This document shows positions 46,050 through 58,434 of a DNA stretch of 64,000 nt, piece after piece. Below the pieces are notes generated by a model, which saw only the letters and a list, made by a program, of their open reading frames with translations, was not told the DNA's origin and searched no databases. Each line of letters opens with the position of its first letter. Position 1 is the stretch's first letter. A program made the position numbers and the translations under genes. This stretch comes from Alphaproteobacteria bacterium (GTDB taxonomy: Bacteria; Pseudomonadota; Alphaproteobacteria; UBA828), in the NCBI GenBank assembly GCA_965214705.1, contig CBDCCI010000002.1, forward strand, positions 1,376,001-1,440,000, in the 5' to 3' direction.

Positions 46050-46826
46050 TCAGGCCGGGGCTCTGTTGCCGTTGCCGCCGCCGTCGAGTGGCGGGGGCTT
46101 GTTGCGCTTGCGCTGGGACTCTCCCTTGAGCTCGATGCGATAGGCGTTGTGGACGATGCGGTCGAGGACCGCATCCGCGATCGTTAGCTCTCCGATCACC
46201 TCGGGCCAGCCGTCTACGGGGATCTGGCTGGCGATCAGGATGGACTTGCGTCCGTGGCGCGCCTCCACGATCTCCAGCAGGTCGCGCCGGCCCTCGGCGG
46301 AGAAGCCCTGCAGCCCCCAGTCGTCGAGGACCAGCAGGGAGACCCTGCCCAGGCGGCCCATCAGGCGCTCGAGCGTGCCTTTGTCGCGGGCGCGGGTCAG
46401 GGCAGCGACCAGTTCGGGCACGCGGCGATAGAGGACGGACTGGTGCTGGCGGCAGGCCTGGTGGGCGAGCGCGCAAGCGACGAACGTCTTTCCCGACCCG
46501 GTTGGCCCACCCAGGATCAGATTGTGGCCTTGGCGGATCCAGTCGCCGGCGGCGAGCTGGGTGAGCGTGGTCCGGGCGATGCCGCGCCCCGCGCGGCAGT
46601 CGACGTCCTGGACGTCGGCGCGGATGCGCAGCTGGGCCTGGCGCAGATGGCCGAGATAGCTTTTGTGATCGCGGTGCTCGGCCTCGCGCTCGATCATCAG
46701 GGCGAGGCGGTCGTCGAAGCCGAGCTGGTCGACGTCGGCGATGTCGCGCTGCTCCTCCAGGGCCTCGGCCATGCCGCTGAGGCCGAGCTGCAGCAGGCGG
46801 TCGATATTGGGTTGTCGCAGGGTCAT
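46050..46826 (-). CDS. istB: IS21 helper ATPase IstB
   Basis: GPTGSGKT, LVLDDWG, ADAVLDRIVHNAYRIELKGESQR. Confidence 0.95.
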   Translation of the reverse strand: MTLRQPNIDRLLQLGLSGMAEALEEQRDIADVDQLGFDDRLALMIEREAEHRDHKSYLGHLRQAQLRIRADVQDVDCRAGRGIARTTLTQLAAGDWIRQGHNLILGGPTGSGKTFVACALAHQACRQHQSVLYRRVPELVAALTRARDKGTLERLMGRLGRVSLLVLDDWGLQGFSAEGRRDLLEIVEARHGRKSILIASQIPVDGWPEVIGELTIADAVLDRIVHNAYRIELKGESQRKRNKPPPLDGGGNGNRAPA

Positions 46827-48421
46827 GGTGTCGCTCCTCCGTTGTTGCCGTAGTACTCGCCACCGCGGATGTTGCCGTGGCTGGGGATGGTCTCGTCGGG
46901 CTCGGGGCGCGGCCGATCGGGCTCGCCGCCGCCGTTCTTGAGGCGCTCCCTGAGGAAGCCTGAGGCGAGGCGGTTGAGGTCGAGGGCCTCGGCGCAGAGC
47001 ACGTCGAGGCGCTCGGCACCGTGATCGTCAGCGAGCTGGATCATGCCCTTCACGGTGGCGAAGGCTTGTTCCGGGAAGTCGCGCGAGGCGTAGCATCGCT
47101 CGGCCCAGGCCAGGGCATTGGCTCCGATGCGGCGCGCCTGATCGAGCAGGATGTCGCCGTAGTCGGGGCGGCGGATATCGCAGACCGCCCGGTGGTTCTC
47201 CGGCATGTGCTCGGGGGTGGTGGCGTACTGGTTGCGCCCGGCCTTGCGGCGATGGACAGCGATGCGCTCGCCGCCGCGTTCGAGGAACACCTCGACCATG
47301 CGTTCACCGGCGCGGACGTCGACCTGGCGGCCGATGTAGCGCTCCGGCACGGAGTAGTGATTGTGCTCGAGGCGGACGTGGCAGTTCGGCCCGACCTTGC
47401 GCTCGACCCACTCTCCCCACTCCCAGGGGTGAGCCGGCAGGGCGGTCAGGGCCGCCCGCTCGTTCGCCTCGAAGAGCGCGCGGCGGCTCTCGCCGCACTT
47501 GGCCATGGGGGCATCGTTGAGGCGGTCGAGCTCGCGGCGGATCGCGGCGTTCATGGTGTCGAGGGAGAAGAAGGTGTGGTGGCGCAGCGTCAGCAGGATG
47601 CGTGTCTGCACGGCCTTGACGCAGCTCTCGACCAGCCCCTTGTCGGTGGCCCGGTACTGGCGCGCGGGCAGCACCGCGATCTTGTAGTCGCGCGCGAACT
47701 CCCGGTAGGAGGGGTTGAGCCGGATATCGTCGCGGTCGGGATCGTCCACGCCCGACTTGAGGTTGTCGATGATCCACCGGCGGGGGGTGCCGCCGAAGTA
47801 CTCGAGCGCGCGCCGGTGCGCCATGGTCCAGTGGCGCACCGTCTGGTCGGGGACCGCCTCGGCGTAGATCAGGTTCGAATGGGCCAGGACCGCGACGAAG
47901 ATCTCCACGTCGGTCTCGCCGCGCCCGGTGCGAAGGGCCAGCGTCTTGCCGGAGAAGTCCGCCATCCCGTACAGCCCGGGCTCGTAGTCGAAGTGCATCT
48001 GCGCCGAGCCGCCGCAGCTGCCCTGGTGCGCCTTCAGGCGCGCGCAAAACTGGCTATAGCTGTACGCCTTCCCGCCCTGGGCCTGGGCCTCGTCGCGGTA
48101 CTCCTCCCAAAGCGTGCGACGCGTCGCACGCACCCGGCGCCGCTTGCGCTTGGCTCGAAGCTCACGGAGCACATCATCCCAGTCCGGCTGCGCATACCCG
48201 CTCTCGCGCGGCGCCGGCGGATACAGCCGCGCGCGCAGCCCGTCATCGTCGAGATCGGACGGCAACGGCCATGACAGGCCCGCCGCCTGCGCGCGCTCCA
48301 GAACGTTCGATACCGTCCCCGCGCTCACGCTCACGGCCACCGCGATCTCCGCCCGGGGCAAGCCCAGGTCGTGATGGTGCCGAAGGATGTCCCTGATGCT
48401 CATGGTGTCGATCCTCTTCAT
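46823..48421 (-). CDS. istA: IS21 transposase IstA
   Basis: N-terminal HTH, YSYSQFC, ADFSG, IDNLKSGV, DKGLVE and HYSVP. Confidence 0.93.
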   Translation of the reverse strand: MKRIDTMSIRDILRHHHDLGLPRAEIAVAVSVSAGTVSNVLERAQAAGLSWPLPSDLDDDGLRARLYPPAPRESGYAQPDWDDVLRELRAKRKRRRVRATRRTLWEEYRDEAQAQGGKAYSYSQFCARLKAHQGSCGGSAQMHFDYEPGLYGMADFSGKTLALRTGRGETDVEIFVAVLAHSNLIYAEAVPDQTVRHWTMAHRRALEYFGGTPRRWIIDNLKSGVDDPDRDDIRLNPSYREFARDYKIAVLPARQYRATDKGLVESCVKAVQTRILLTLRHHTFFSLDTMNAAIRRELDRLNDAPMAKCGESRRALFEANERAALTALPAHPWEWGEWVERKVGPNCHVRLEHNHYSVPERYIGRQVDVRAGERMVEVFLERGGERIAVHRRKAGRNQYATTPEHMPENHRAVCDIRRPDYGDILLDQARRIGANALAWAERCYASRDFPEQAFATVKGMIQLADDHGAERLDVLCAEALDLNRLASGFLRERLKNGGGEPDRPRPEPDETIPSHGNIRGGEYYGNNGGATP

Positions 48422-48666
48422 TGGGGCCCTGCCTCCTCGAGTCGATCGATGGATCGATGAGGCTGAGCCGGGAGAGGATCGGCGCGTCTGGAAACATGGG
48501 TGTCGGTGGCGCCCGCAGGGCGATCGGGCCGGGCCTCTGACCCGGCCTCCGGCGGTCAAATCACGCCGGAATCACGGTCAGATGTCGCCAGAACTTCGGT
48601 CAAATAAAATCAGAATGGCGGTCAGATAAATTCAGAACTGCGGTCAAATGAGGCCAGATTTGGCCA

Positions 48667-48948
48667 AGCCAAGCTGATATCGACTTCGCCCGAAAGGAGG
48701 GCCTCGACGATGGACACATTCGACGAACCGCTGACCGCTTCCGTGACTACTGGATTGCCCAGCCCGACGCCAAGGGACGAAAGCGTGATTGGGCCGCGAC
48801 CTGGCGAAACTGGGTCCGCAAGGATGCCGAACAAATGCACGGACCCGGAACCGCTCGAGTCGGGAACCGCGCGATGGGACAGCTTCATGGAGGCGGCGCG
48901 GGCGAGGGACGCCAAGCGCGAGGCCGAAATTCGCAAGCTGAAAGATAG
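48667..48948 (+). pseudogene. C-terminal fragment of a phage replication initiator, cut by IS21
   Basis: ADRFRDYWIAQPDAKGRKRDWAATWRNWVRKD, a motif typical of DnaT-like C-termini of phage replication proteins. Confidence 0.6.
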
Positions 48949-49561
48949 CGCGCCGTGGCACGGGGTGCCGATCGAGCGCTTCACGAAGGGAAGATGGATC
49001 AGGCCGAGCGATCTGGACGCGCCTCGCAAAATCGAGGACACGAGATCGAACTACTTGCGGCGGGAGTATTACGAGAGCATTCCGCCGTCGCTGAGTGATG
49101 CACAGGCTGCGGAGGTTCATCGTCTCTTGGCCATCGCCCGAGAGCGGGCAATTCCCGCACCTCGCGAACAGATTGCCGCGATGATCTTGAAGCTCGCCGC
49201 TGTGGTGAGGATCCCTGAAATGGCGGGGATCGAGACCATGACCGGGATCATGATCGAAGAGCTCTCCGACGTGTCTCCCGAAGCGCTGGAGCACACCTTT
49301 CGCCACTGGATCAGGACACAGAAGTTCTTTCCGACGATAGCTGAGTTGATCGAGATCACCGAGCCGCAGATGGCAACACTCCGCTATGAGCAATACAAGC
49401 TGGAGAGGCTCGCAAGCGTTGCGGCAAACCCTGCGCCCGATCTGTGGGTTACGGGCGATTGGCTCGACGCGCGGAAATCGGACGCTCGCGCCGCCGTCTA
49501 TCCACCTCCGGTCAAGGACAAGCTGAACAGCCGCCGGTTGGTCGAGCAGAAAGAATATTGA
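48710..49561 (+). CDS. Phage replication-module protein (helicase loader/inhibitor-like)
   Basis: ELSDVSPEALEHTFRHWIRTQKFFPTIAELIE motif, following the initiator fragment. True start is probably later than 48710. Confidence 0.55.
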   Translation: MDTFDEPLTASVTTGLPSPTPRDESVIGPRPGETGSARMPNKCTDPEPLESGTARWDSFMEAARARDAKREAEIRKLKDSAPWHGVPIERFTKGRWIRPSDLDAPRKIEDTRSNYLRREYYESIPPSLSDAQAAEVHRLLAIARERAIPAPREQIAAMILKLAAVVRIPEMAGIETMTGIMIEELSDVSPEALEHTFRHWIRTQKFFPTIAELIEITEPQMATLRYEQYKLERLASVAANPAPDLWVTGDWLDARKSDARAAVYPPPVKDKLNSRRLVEQKEY

Positions 49562-49824
49562 TGGCAGGCCCGATGAATTCTCGCACTTCCCGTTCTCTCG
49601 TATCCTTGGGGCCGTCACGATGGCCGCCCTGAGACCCCCTGCACCGCATCCGCCACGCGGGACTCAATGTGCACACCGTTAAGGAAGGTCTGATCAAGTC
49701 GGGTGTGCCATGATTTTCGTAGGAGTCGCGGATTGGATGATCGGGCCATGGCACAGGCAAGCTTTGCGGAACTGGAGCACGAGATGAAGAAGCGCCGGAC
49801 GCGGCGCGAGCTGTTCCTTGAGAA

Positions 49825-51920
49825 CCCATCTTTGCCACTTTTCGGTCCCGAAGGCCTGATTTTGGGTAGCCTTTGGGATCTAAGGCACTGATTTTGTTGG
49901 ATTGTGTTTTGGGAAGTCCATTGTAGTGCCATAATCTTTGGTCTGTGGGCCGGCGCTCCTTGACAGTCCGCAAACTGTCCGTGACCCTGCCGCCATGTTC
50001 ATTCGCAAAACCCTCACCGGTCGCGGAGACGGTGGCGAGCGCTATGCCACCTACCGCCTCGTGCGCAGCGAACGCATCGGCGGAAGGGTGCGCCAGGTCA
50101 CGCTCCTCAATCTCGGCGCCGACTTCGGTGTGCCCGAGGAGCAATGGCGCGAATTGGCGCTTCTGATCGAAACCCTTCTCGCCGGCAGCGAGCCGCTGCT
50201 GGAGCCGGATGCCGCCTTGCGCCCCGTCGCCGAGGACGTCGTACGGCGGCTTCACGCCCGCGATCTCGGCGCGTCGCGGCCCGGGGACGAGAGCGACCTG
50301 GCCACGGTCCGTCTCGATAGCCTCTCCCACGAACAGGTCCGCTCGGTGGGCTGCGAGCGCCTGGCTCTCGCCGCGCTTGACGACCTTCGCTTCATCGAGA
50401 CGCTGGAGAGGCTGGGCGCAAGTGAGCGCGACGCACGCATCGCGGCGGCACTGGTGGTCGCGCGCATGATCCATCCCTCCAGCGAGCGCGAGGCCTTCCG
50501 CTGGCTGAGCGCGAACAGCGCGACCCTGGAGTTGCTCGATGTCGACAGCGGCAAGTCGCTCACGCTCAGCAAGCTCTACCGCATCGGCGACCTCTTGTGG
50601 CGTCACCGCGCGGCGCTTGAAGAGGCGCTGTGCGCCCGGGAGCGCGATCTCTTCGGCATCCCCGACACCATCGTCTTCTTCGACCTGACCAACACCCATA
50701 TGACCGGACGGCCCAGCTCCGCGCTGGCCCGCTTCGGGCGCTCGAAGCAGAGGCGTGACGATTGTCCGATCGTGACCCTGGCCCTGTCGCTGAACCAGGC
50801 CGGCTTTCCGCAGCACAGCGAGATCCTGCCCGGCAACATCTCCGAGCCGGCCACTCTCGCCGACGCCATCGGGCGGCTGGAATGCCAAGCGCGCGGCAGC
50901 AACGCCCCCAGGCCCACGGTCATCATGGACGCCGGCATCTCCACCGAGGCCAACCTCGCCTGGCTGCGGGCGGGCGGCTATCACTGGATCACCGTTCGCC
51001 GCGGCGTCTCGGCGCCGCCCGGGCGCGAAGCCGATGCCGCCTTCGAAACCCGGGCCGGCCACGATGCCCGCGCCTGGCGTCTCGCGGCAGGGGACGACGA
51101 AGCGCACCTGTGCGTCTGGAGCCATGAGCGCCAGCAGAAGGACGAGGCCGTGCTCGCCCGTCAGCGTCACAACTTCGAGGACGCCCTGCGCGCCCTGCAT
51201 GGCGGGCTGTCGAAGAAGAACCACATCAAGCAGTTCACCAAGGTGATGGAGAAGCTGGGCCGGCTGAAGGAAAGGTACAGGCGCGTCCACCGTCAGTACG
51301 ACATCGAGGTCGAGCCCGGAGAGAAGGGGCGGGCCAGTGCGGTCCGCTGGAGGCGCAACGCTCTCCATGCCGAGCGCGACCGCCAAGCGGGCATCTATGT
51401 GCTGCGCACCAGCCACGTCGAGTGGGATCTTGAAACCGTGGTCCGAACCTACTGGAAGCTCACAGAGCTCGAGGCCACCTTCCGCAGCCTGAAATCCGAA
51501 ATCGGCCTGCGCCCGGTCTGGCACTCCAAGACCTCGCGCATCGCCGCCCACCTGTTCATCGCCGTCCTCGCCTACCACGCGGTTCATCTGCTGCGAACCC
51601 GTCTGGCGGCGCACGGCTTGCATGACCGCTGGAGTACGATCCGCGACAAGCTCGCGGGCTGGGTGCGTCTCACCTCCACCATCCGGGAGGTGGACGGAAA
51701 CCGCATCGTCATCCGCCAGGATGCTCAACCCGACGCCGAGGCGCGCGTCATCGCGCAGGCGGCGGGCCTCACGGTGGATCCCCACAGGCGCCGGGCGGTG
51801 CTCCCGGGAGTGTCGCGATGAGCGCACAAACGTAGTGCCATAATCCCAGATGGGCCAGAAAATCAGCCCATCATCGCAACTACTTAGGTCGCAGGCGCGC
51901 GCCAAAATGGCAAAGATGGG
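49825..51920 (+). mobile_element. IS1634-family element type B, copy 1 (2096 bp)
   Basis: TIR CCCATCTTTGCCA/TGGCAAAGATGGG. TSD AGAA at 49821-49824 and 51921-51924. Confidence 0.92.
49995..51821 (+). CDS. IS1634-family transposase
   Basis: MFIRKT, FFDLTN, FGRSKQRRDDCP, VIMDAGIS and LEATFRSLKSEIGLRPVWH. Confidence 0.92.
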   Translation: MFIRKTLTGRGDGGERYATYRLVRSERIGGRVRQVTLLNLGADFGVPEEQWRELALLIETLLAGSEPLLEPDAALRPVAEDVVRRLHARDLGASRPGDESDLATVRLDSLSHEQVRSVGCERLALAALDDLRFIETLERLGASERDARIAAALVVARMIHPSSEREAFRWLSANSATLELLDVDSGKSLTLSKLYRIGDLLWRHRAALEEALCARERDLFGIPDTIVFFDLTNTHMTGRPSSALARFGRSKQRRDDCPIVTLALSLNQAGFPQHSEILPGNISEPATLADAIGRLECQARGSNAPRPTVIMDAGISTEANLAWLRAGGYHWITVRRGVSAPPGREADAAFETRAGHDARAWRLAAGDDEAHLCVWSHERQQKDEAVLARQRHNFEDALRALHGGLSKKNHIKQFTKVMEKLGRLKERYRRVHRQYDIEVEPGEKGRASAVRWRRNALHAERDRQAGIYVLRTSHVEWDLETVVRTYWKLTELEATFRSLKSEIGLRPVWHSKTSRIAAHLFIAVLAYHAVHLLRTRLAAHGLHDRWSTIRDKLAGWVRLTSTIREVDGNRIVIRQDAQPDAEARVIAQAAGLTVDPHRRRAVLPGVSR

Positions 51921-53049
51921 AGAAGATGGACAAGCTGGTTCCGTGGGAGCGGCTGGAGCGACGGATCGAGCCGTTCTATCCGAAGGCGGGGCGCGGTCGG
52001 CGCCCGTACCCGCTTGGGGTGATGCTGCGGGTTCACTGCGTGCAGTTGTTCTACAACCTGAGCGACCCTGGGATGGAGGACCTGCTCTACGAGGTGGAGT
52101 CGGTGAGGCGTTTCGTGGGGCTGCGCCTGACGGAGGCGCTGCCCGACGAGACCACCATCCTGAACTTCCGGCATCTGCTGGAGAGGCACGATCTGGGCGC
52201 GGGTCTGTTCGAGGAGATCAATGCGCACCTGGCGTCGCGCGGCCATCGGCTGCGCACGGGGACGATCGTTGGCGCGAGCATCATCGAGGCGCCGTCGTCG
52301 ACGAAGAACCGGCGCCGCGCACGGGACCCTGAGATGCGTCAGACGAAGAAGGGCAAGCAGTGGTATTTCGGGATGAAGGCGCACATCGGGGTGGACGCCG
52401 GGTCGGGTCTGGCGCACAGCGTGGTGACGACGGCGGCCAACGCAAGCGACGTGACGCAGGCGGGAGCGCTGCTGCATGGCGCTGAGACGACGGCGTGGGG
52501 CGACGCGGGCTACCAGGGGGTGGAGAAGCGGCCTGAGCACCGGGATGGCGGTGTCAAGTGGCGTGTGGCGATGAAGCCGGGGCGGCGCCGGCTGCTGGGC
52601 GAGGGCGGCGCCGAAGCGGCGGCGGAGACGCGCAAGGCGTCGGTGCGGGCGAAAGTGGAGCATCCGTTCCTGTACGTAAAGCGGCACTTCGGCTACGCCA
52701 AGGTGCGCTACCGGGGCGTGGCGAAGAACAGGCAGCGCATCGCGTTGCTGCTGGGGTTCTCGAACCTGCTGATCGCCGGCCGCTACGCGACGCAATGACA
52801 GGGGAGCAGGTTGCCCGCTGCGGGCGGGACGGCGGGGAAGGAGGCGGACCGACGCGGATATCGCCCGCTCGCAACGCATCCCGTGGCAAAAGTAGCCCCC
52901 AGCCTGTCGGCAATATCGTCGAGCTTCAAATCCAAGCTGCCTCTACCCCTCGAAGCCGAGAAGATGGGGTTGTTCAGACTTTCCCTAGGTGTTCCCACCG
53001 GCAGTGCCAGCGCCGCAACCAGCAGCCCTACCGCAATCGTTCGTCTGAA

Positions 53050-55145
53050 CCCATCTTTGCCACTTTTCGGTCCCGAAGGCCTGATTTTGGGTAGCCTTTG
53101 GGATCTAAGGCACTGATTTTGTTGGATTGTGTTTTGGGAAGTCCATTGTAGTGCCATAATCTTTGGTCTGTGGGCCGGCGCTCCTTGACAGTCCGCAAAC
53201 TGTCCGTGACCCTGCCGCCATGTTCATTCGCAAAACCCTCACCGGTCGCGGAGACGGTGGCGAGCGCTATGCCACCTACCGCCTCGTGCGCAGCGAACGC
53301 ATCGGCGGAAGGGTGCGCCAGGTCACGCTCCTCAATCTCGGCGCCGACTTCGGTGTGCCCGAGGAGCAATGGCGCGAATTGGCGCTTCTGATCGAAACCC
53401 TTCTCGCCGGCAGCGAGCCGCTGCTGGAGCCGGATGCCGCCTTGCGCCCCGTCGCCGAGGACGTCGTACGGCGGCTTCACGCCCGCGATCTCGGCGCGTC
53501 GCGGCCCGGGGACGAGAGCGACCTGGCCACGGTCCGTCTCGATAGCCTCTCCCACGAACAGGTCCGCTCGGTGGGCTGCGAGCGCCTGGCTCTCGCCGCG
53601 CTTGACGACCTTCGCTTCATCGAGACGCTGGAGAGGCTGGGCGCAAGTGAGCGCGACGCACGCATCGCGGCGGCACTGGTGGTCGCGCGCATGATCCATC
53701 CCTCCAGCGAGCGCGAGGCCTTCCGCTGGCTGAGCGCGAACAGCGCGACCCTGGAGTTGCTCGATGTCGACAGCGGCAAGTCGCTCACGCTCAGCAAGCT
53801 CTACCGCATCGGCGACCTCTTGTGGCGTCACCGCGCGGCGCTTGAAGAGGCGCTGTGCGCCCGGGAGCGCGATCTCTTCGGCATCCCCGACACCATCGTC
53901 TTCTTCGACCTGACCAACACCCATATGACCGGACGGCCCAGCTCCGCGCTGGCCCGCTTCGGGCGCTCGAAGCAGAGGCGTGACGATTGTCCGATCGTGA
54001 CCCTGGCCCTGTCGCTGAACCAGGCCGGCTTTCCGCAGCACAGCGAGATCCTGCCCGGCAACATCTCCGAGCCGGCCACTCTCGCCGACGCCATCGGGCG
54101 GCTGGAATGCCAAGCGCGCGGCAGCAACGCCCCCAGGCCCACGGTCATCATGGACGCCGGCATCTCCACCGAGGCCAACCTCGCCTGGCTGCGGGCGGGC
54201 GGCTATCACTGGATCACCGTTCGCCGCGGCGTCTCGGCGCCGCCCGGGCGCGAAGCCGATGCCGCCTTCGAAACCCGGGCCGGCCACGATGCCCGCGCCT
54301 GGCGTCTCGCGGCAGGGGACGACGAAGCGCACCTGTGCGTCTGGAGCCATGAGCGCCAGCAGAAGGACGAGGCCGTGCTCGCCCGTCAGCGTCACAACTT
54401 CGAGGACGCCCTGCGCGCCCTGCATGGCGGGCTGTCGAAGAAGAACCACATCAAGCAGTTCACCAAGGTGATGGAGAAGCTGGGCCGGCTGAAGGAAAGG
54501 TACAGGCGCGTCCACCGTCAGTACGACATCGAGGTCGAGCCCGGAGAGAAGGGGCGGGCCAGTGCGGTCCGCTGGAGGCGCAACGCTCTCCATGCCGAGC
54601 GCGACCGCCAAGCGGGCATCTATGTGCTGCGCACCAGCCACGTCGAGTGGGATCTTGAAACCGTGGTCCGAACCTACTGGAAGCTCACAGAGCTCGAGGC
54701 CACCTTCCGCAGCCTGAAATCCGAAATCGGCCTGCGCCCGGTCTGGCACTCCAAGACCTCGCGCATCGCCGCCCACCTGTTCATCGCCGTCCTCGCCTAC
54801 CACGCGGTTCATCTGCTGCGAACCCGTCTGGCGGCGCACGGCTTGCATGACCGCTGGAGTACGATCCGCGACAAGCTCGCGGGCTGGGTGCGTCTCACCT
54901 CCACCATCCGGGAGGTGGACGGAAACCGCATCGTCATCCGCCAGGATGCTCAACCCGACGCCGAGGCGCGCGTCATCGCGCAGGCGGCGGGCCTCACGGT
55001 GGATCCCCACAGGCGCCGGGCGGTGCTCCCGGGAGTGTCGCGATGAGCGCACAAACGTAGTGCCATAATCCCAGATGGGCCAGAAAATCAGCCCATCATC
55101 GCAACTACTTAGGTCGCAGGCGCGCGCCAAAATGGCAAAGATGGG
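53050..55145 (+). mobile_element. IS1634-family element type B, copy 2 (appears identical to 49825-51920)
   Basis: Same TIRs, same length and identical translated protein. Flanks TGAA and TGGA do not match exactly. Confidence 0.92.
53220..55046 (+). CDS. IS1634-family transposase
   Basis: Identical translation to 49995-51821. Confidence 0.92.
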   Translation: MFIRKTLTGRGDGGERYATYRLVRSERIGGRVRQVTLLNLGADFGVPEEQWRELALLIETLLAGSEPLLEPDAALRPVAEDVVRRLHARDLGASRPGDESDLATVRLDSLSHEQVRSVGCERLALAALDDLRFIETLERLGASERDARIAAALVVARMIHPSSEREAFRWLSANSATLELLDVDSGKSLTLSKLYRIGDLLWRHRAALEEALCARERDLFGIPDTIVFFDLTNTHMTGRPSSALARFGRSKQRRDDCPIVTLALSLNQAGFPQHSEILPGNISEPATLADAIGRLECQARGSNAPRPTVIMDAGISTEANLAWLRAGGYHWITVRRGVSAPPGREADAAFETRAGHDARAWRLAAGDDEAHLCVWSHERQQKDEAVLARQRHNFEDALRALHGGLSKKNHIKQFTKVMEKLGRLKERYRRVHRQYDIEVEPGEKGRASAVRWRRNALHAERDRQAGIYVLRTSHVEWDLETVVRTYWKLTELEATFRSLKSEIGLRPVWHSKTSRIAAHLFIAVLAYHAVHLLRTRLAAHGLHDRWSTIRDKLAGWVRLTSTIREVDGNRIVIRQDAQPDAEARVIAQAAGLTVDPHRRRAVLPGVSR

Positions 55146-55365
55146 TGGAGACGATCACGCGGGAATAGCCCGGGTCCCTAACCAAGCTTGCGGAAATCGC
55201 GGGACTGAGCAAGTTGAACCTGTCGCGGGACGCTGAAGAGGATGTCGCGCTACGGGCTGGTGGAATTGAACGAGGGAGAGCACGGCACGCTTGTGCCACG
55301 GGTCCCCTACGATCAAGTGAGGCTGGATGATTCGTTGACTGCGAACGCCCGGCGGGTTGGGTGAG
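55146..55365 (+). pseudogene. HTH transcriptional regulator/antitoxin remnant
   Basis: ETITRE*PGSLTKLAEIAGLSKLNLSR/TLKRMSRYGLVEL...LVPRVPYDQVRL, with an internal stop and a frameshift. Confidence 0.55.
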
Positions 55366-55870
55366 CGGTTCTAGATTCACTTGCCGTTCAATGCTGGAAT
55401 CGCATGGGAATCAAACGAATTCAACCTCCAGGGCGCTTAAGACCACTCGTGACCTGATCGGCGCTGGGGCAGCGCTGGATGGTGAAAAGACGCTGCCGCC
55501 CGGTCTAAATCCGCATGCCCGGCCCAGCTCCTGAAGGCGCGAATTATTTAGCTACAAGAACAGGTTACAGCATGCGAAGCGCCGGATCGAGTCGGCTCCA
55601 GGAGGGCCCCGGCGTGAGGCGGCGACGATACACACAGACCTGACCTTCAGGTGGAACACCTGACATACTTGTTTGCGGATCTCGGTCCGTTGGAACCGGC
55701 GCCGCTCTGGGGGCTTGACGCAAAGCGGCATCCTCGCTCTGTCGTACCAGAGGCACATTGCGAGGCACCTAGACAACCGCAGGAAAACGGCGACACTTTC
55801 GTTGCCGTCGTTTGAAGCTGCACCGGCTTTCAGAGGTTTTGGAACGGAGAAGCCGGCTCCGGCCCCGCCG

Positions 55871-58159
<2,289 letters not shown>

Positions 58160-58434
58160 TCAATACTAGGCCCCGTCTCTGGAGTGGGCCGAACATGGCT
58201 CTTGTTCCGCTCGGCATTCCTCTTCCGCGTGCGAGCCGCTATCGGGCCTGGCCCGTCGCGTGGCGCCCTGACGGGTGAAGCATTTACCGCCGCGCCCGCC
58301 GGGGCGAGCCACGGCTTGGAGCGGGCGGCGCAGACCGAGAGAGCGCGGGCGCGGGGTGCGGTGTTGCCGGTGCCCGAGCAGCTTGCCCGCCAGGGGCAGG
58401 TGCTCGCCGGGACATTCCGCGCCTTTTCCAGCGC

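Larger units (their letters stand above)
45725..48666 (-). mobile_element. IS21-family insertion sequence
   Basis: TG...CA ends, with multiple TGACCG-containing subterminal repeats in inverted orientation (45740-45819 and 48573-48651), plus istA and istB. Confidence 0.88.
49748..52798 (+). pseudogene. IS5 transposase split by IS1634
   Basis: 49748-49824 (MAQASFAELEHEMKKRRTRRELFLE) plus 51925-52798 (KMDKLVPW...WYFGMKAHIGVD...RAKVEHPF) gives 316 aa in frame. Confidence 0.9.
49683..52984 (+). mobile_element. IS5-family element interrupted by IS1634
   Basis: TIRs GGAAGGTCTGATCAA/TTGTTCAGACTTTCC, flanked by TTAA (left) and CTAG (right). Confidence 0.85.

Noticed and set aside
27989-48666. Possible CRISPR-associated transposon (cas genes near transposases and an AAA ATPase)
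   Set aside because: Cas3 is intact, there is no TniQ/TnsD, and each transposase belongs to a self-contained IS with its own ends.
55156-55172. CACGCGGGAATAGCCCG resembling the 3' half of the CRISPR repeat
   Set aside because: It lacks the 5' half and hairpin, and lies in frame within an HTH pseudogene, so it is a chance match.
55430-55455. GCGCTTAAGACCACTCG, faintly like the reverse complement of a tRNA-Ser D-arm (possible att remnant)
   Set aside because: No cloverleaf, T-arm or second copy is visible.
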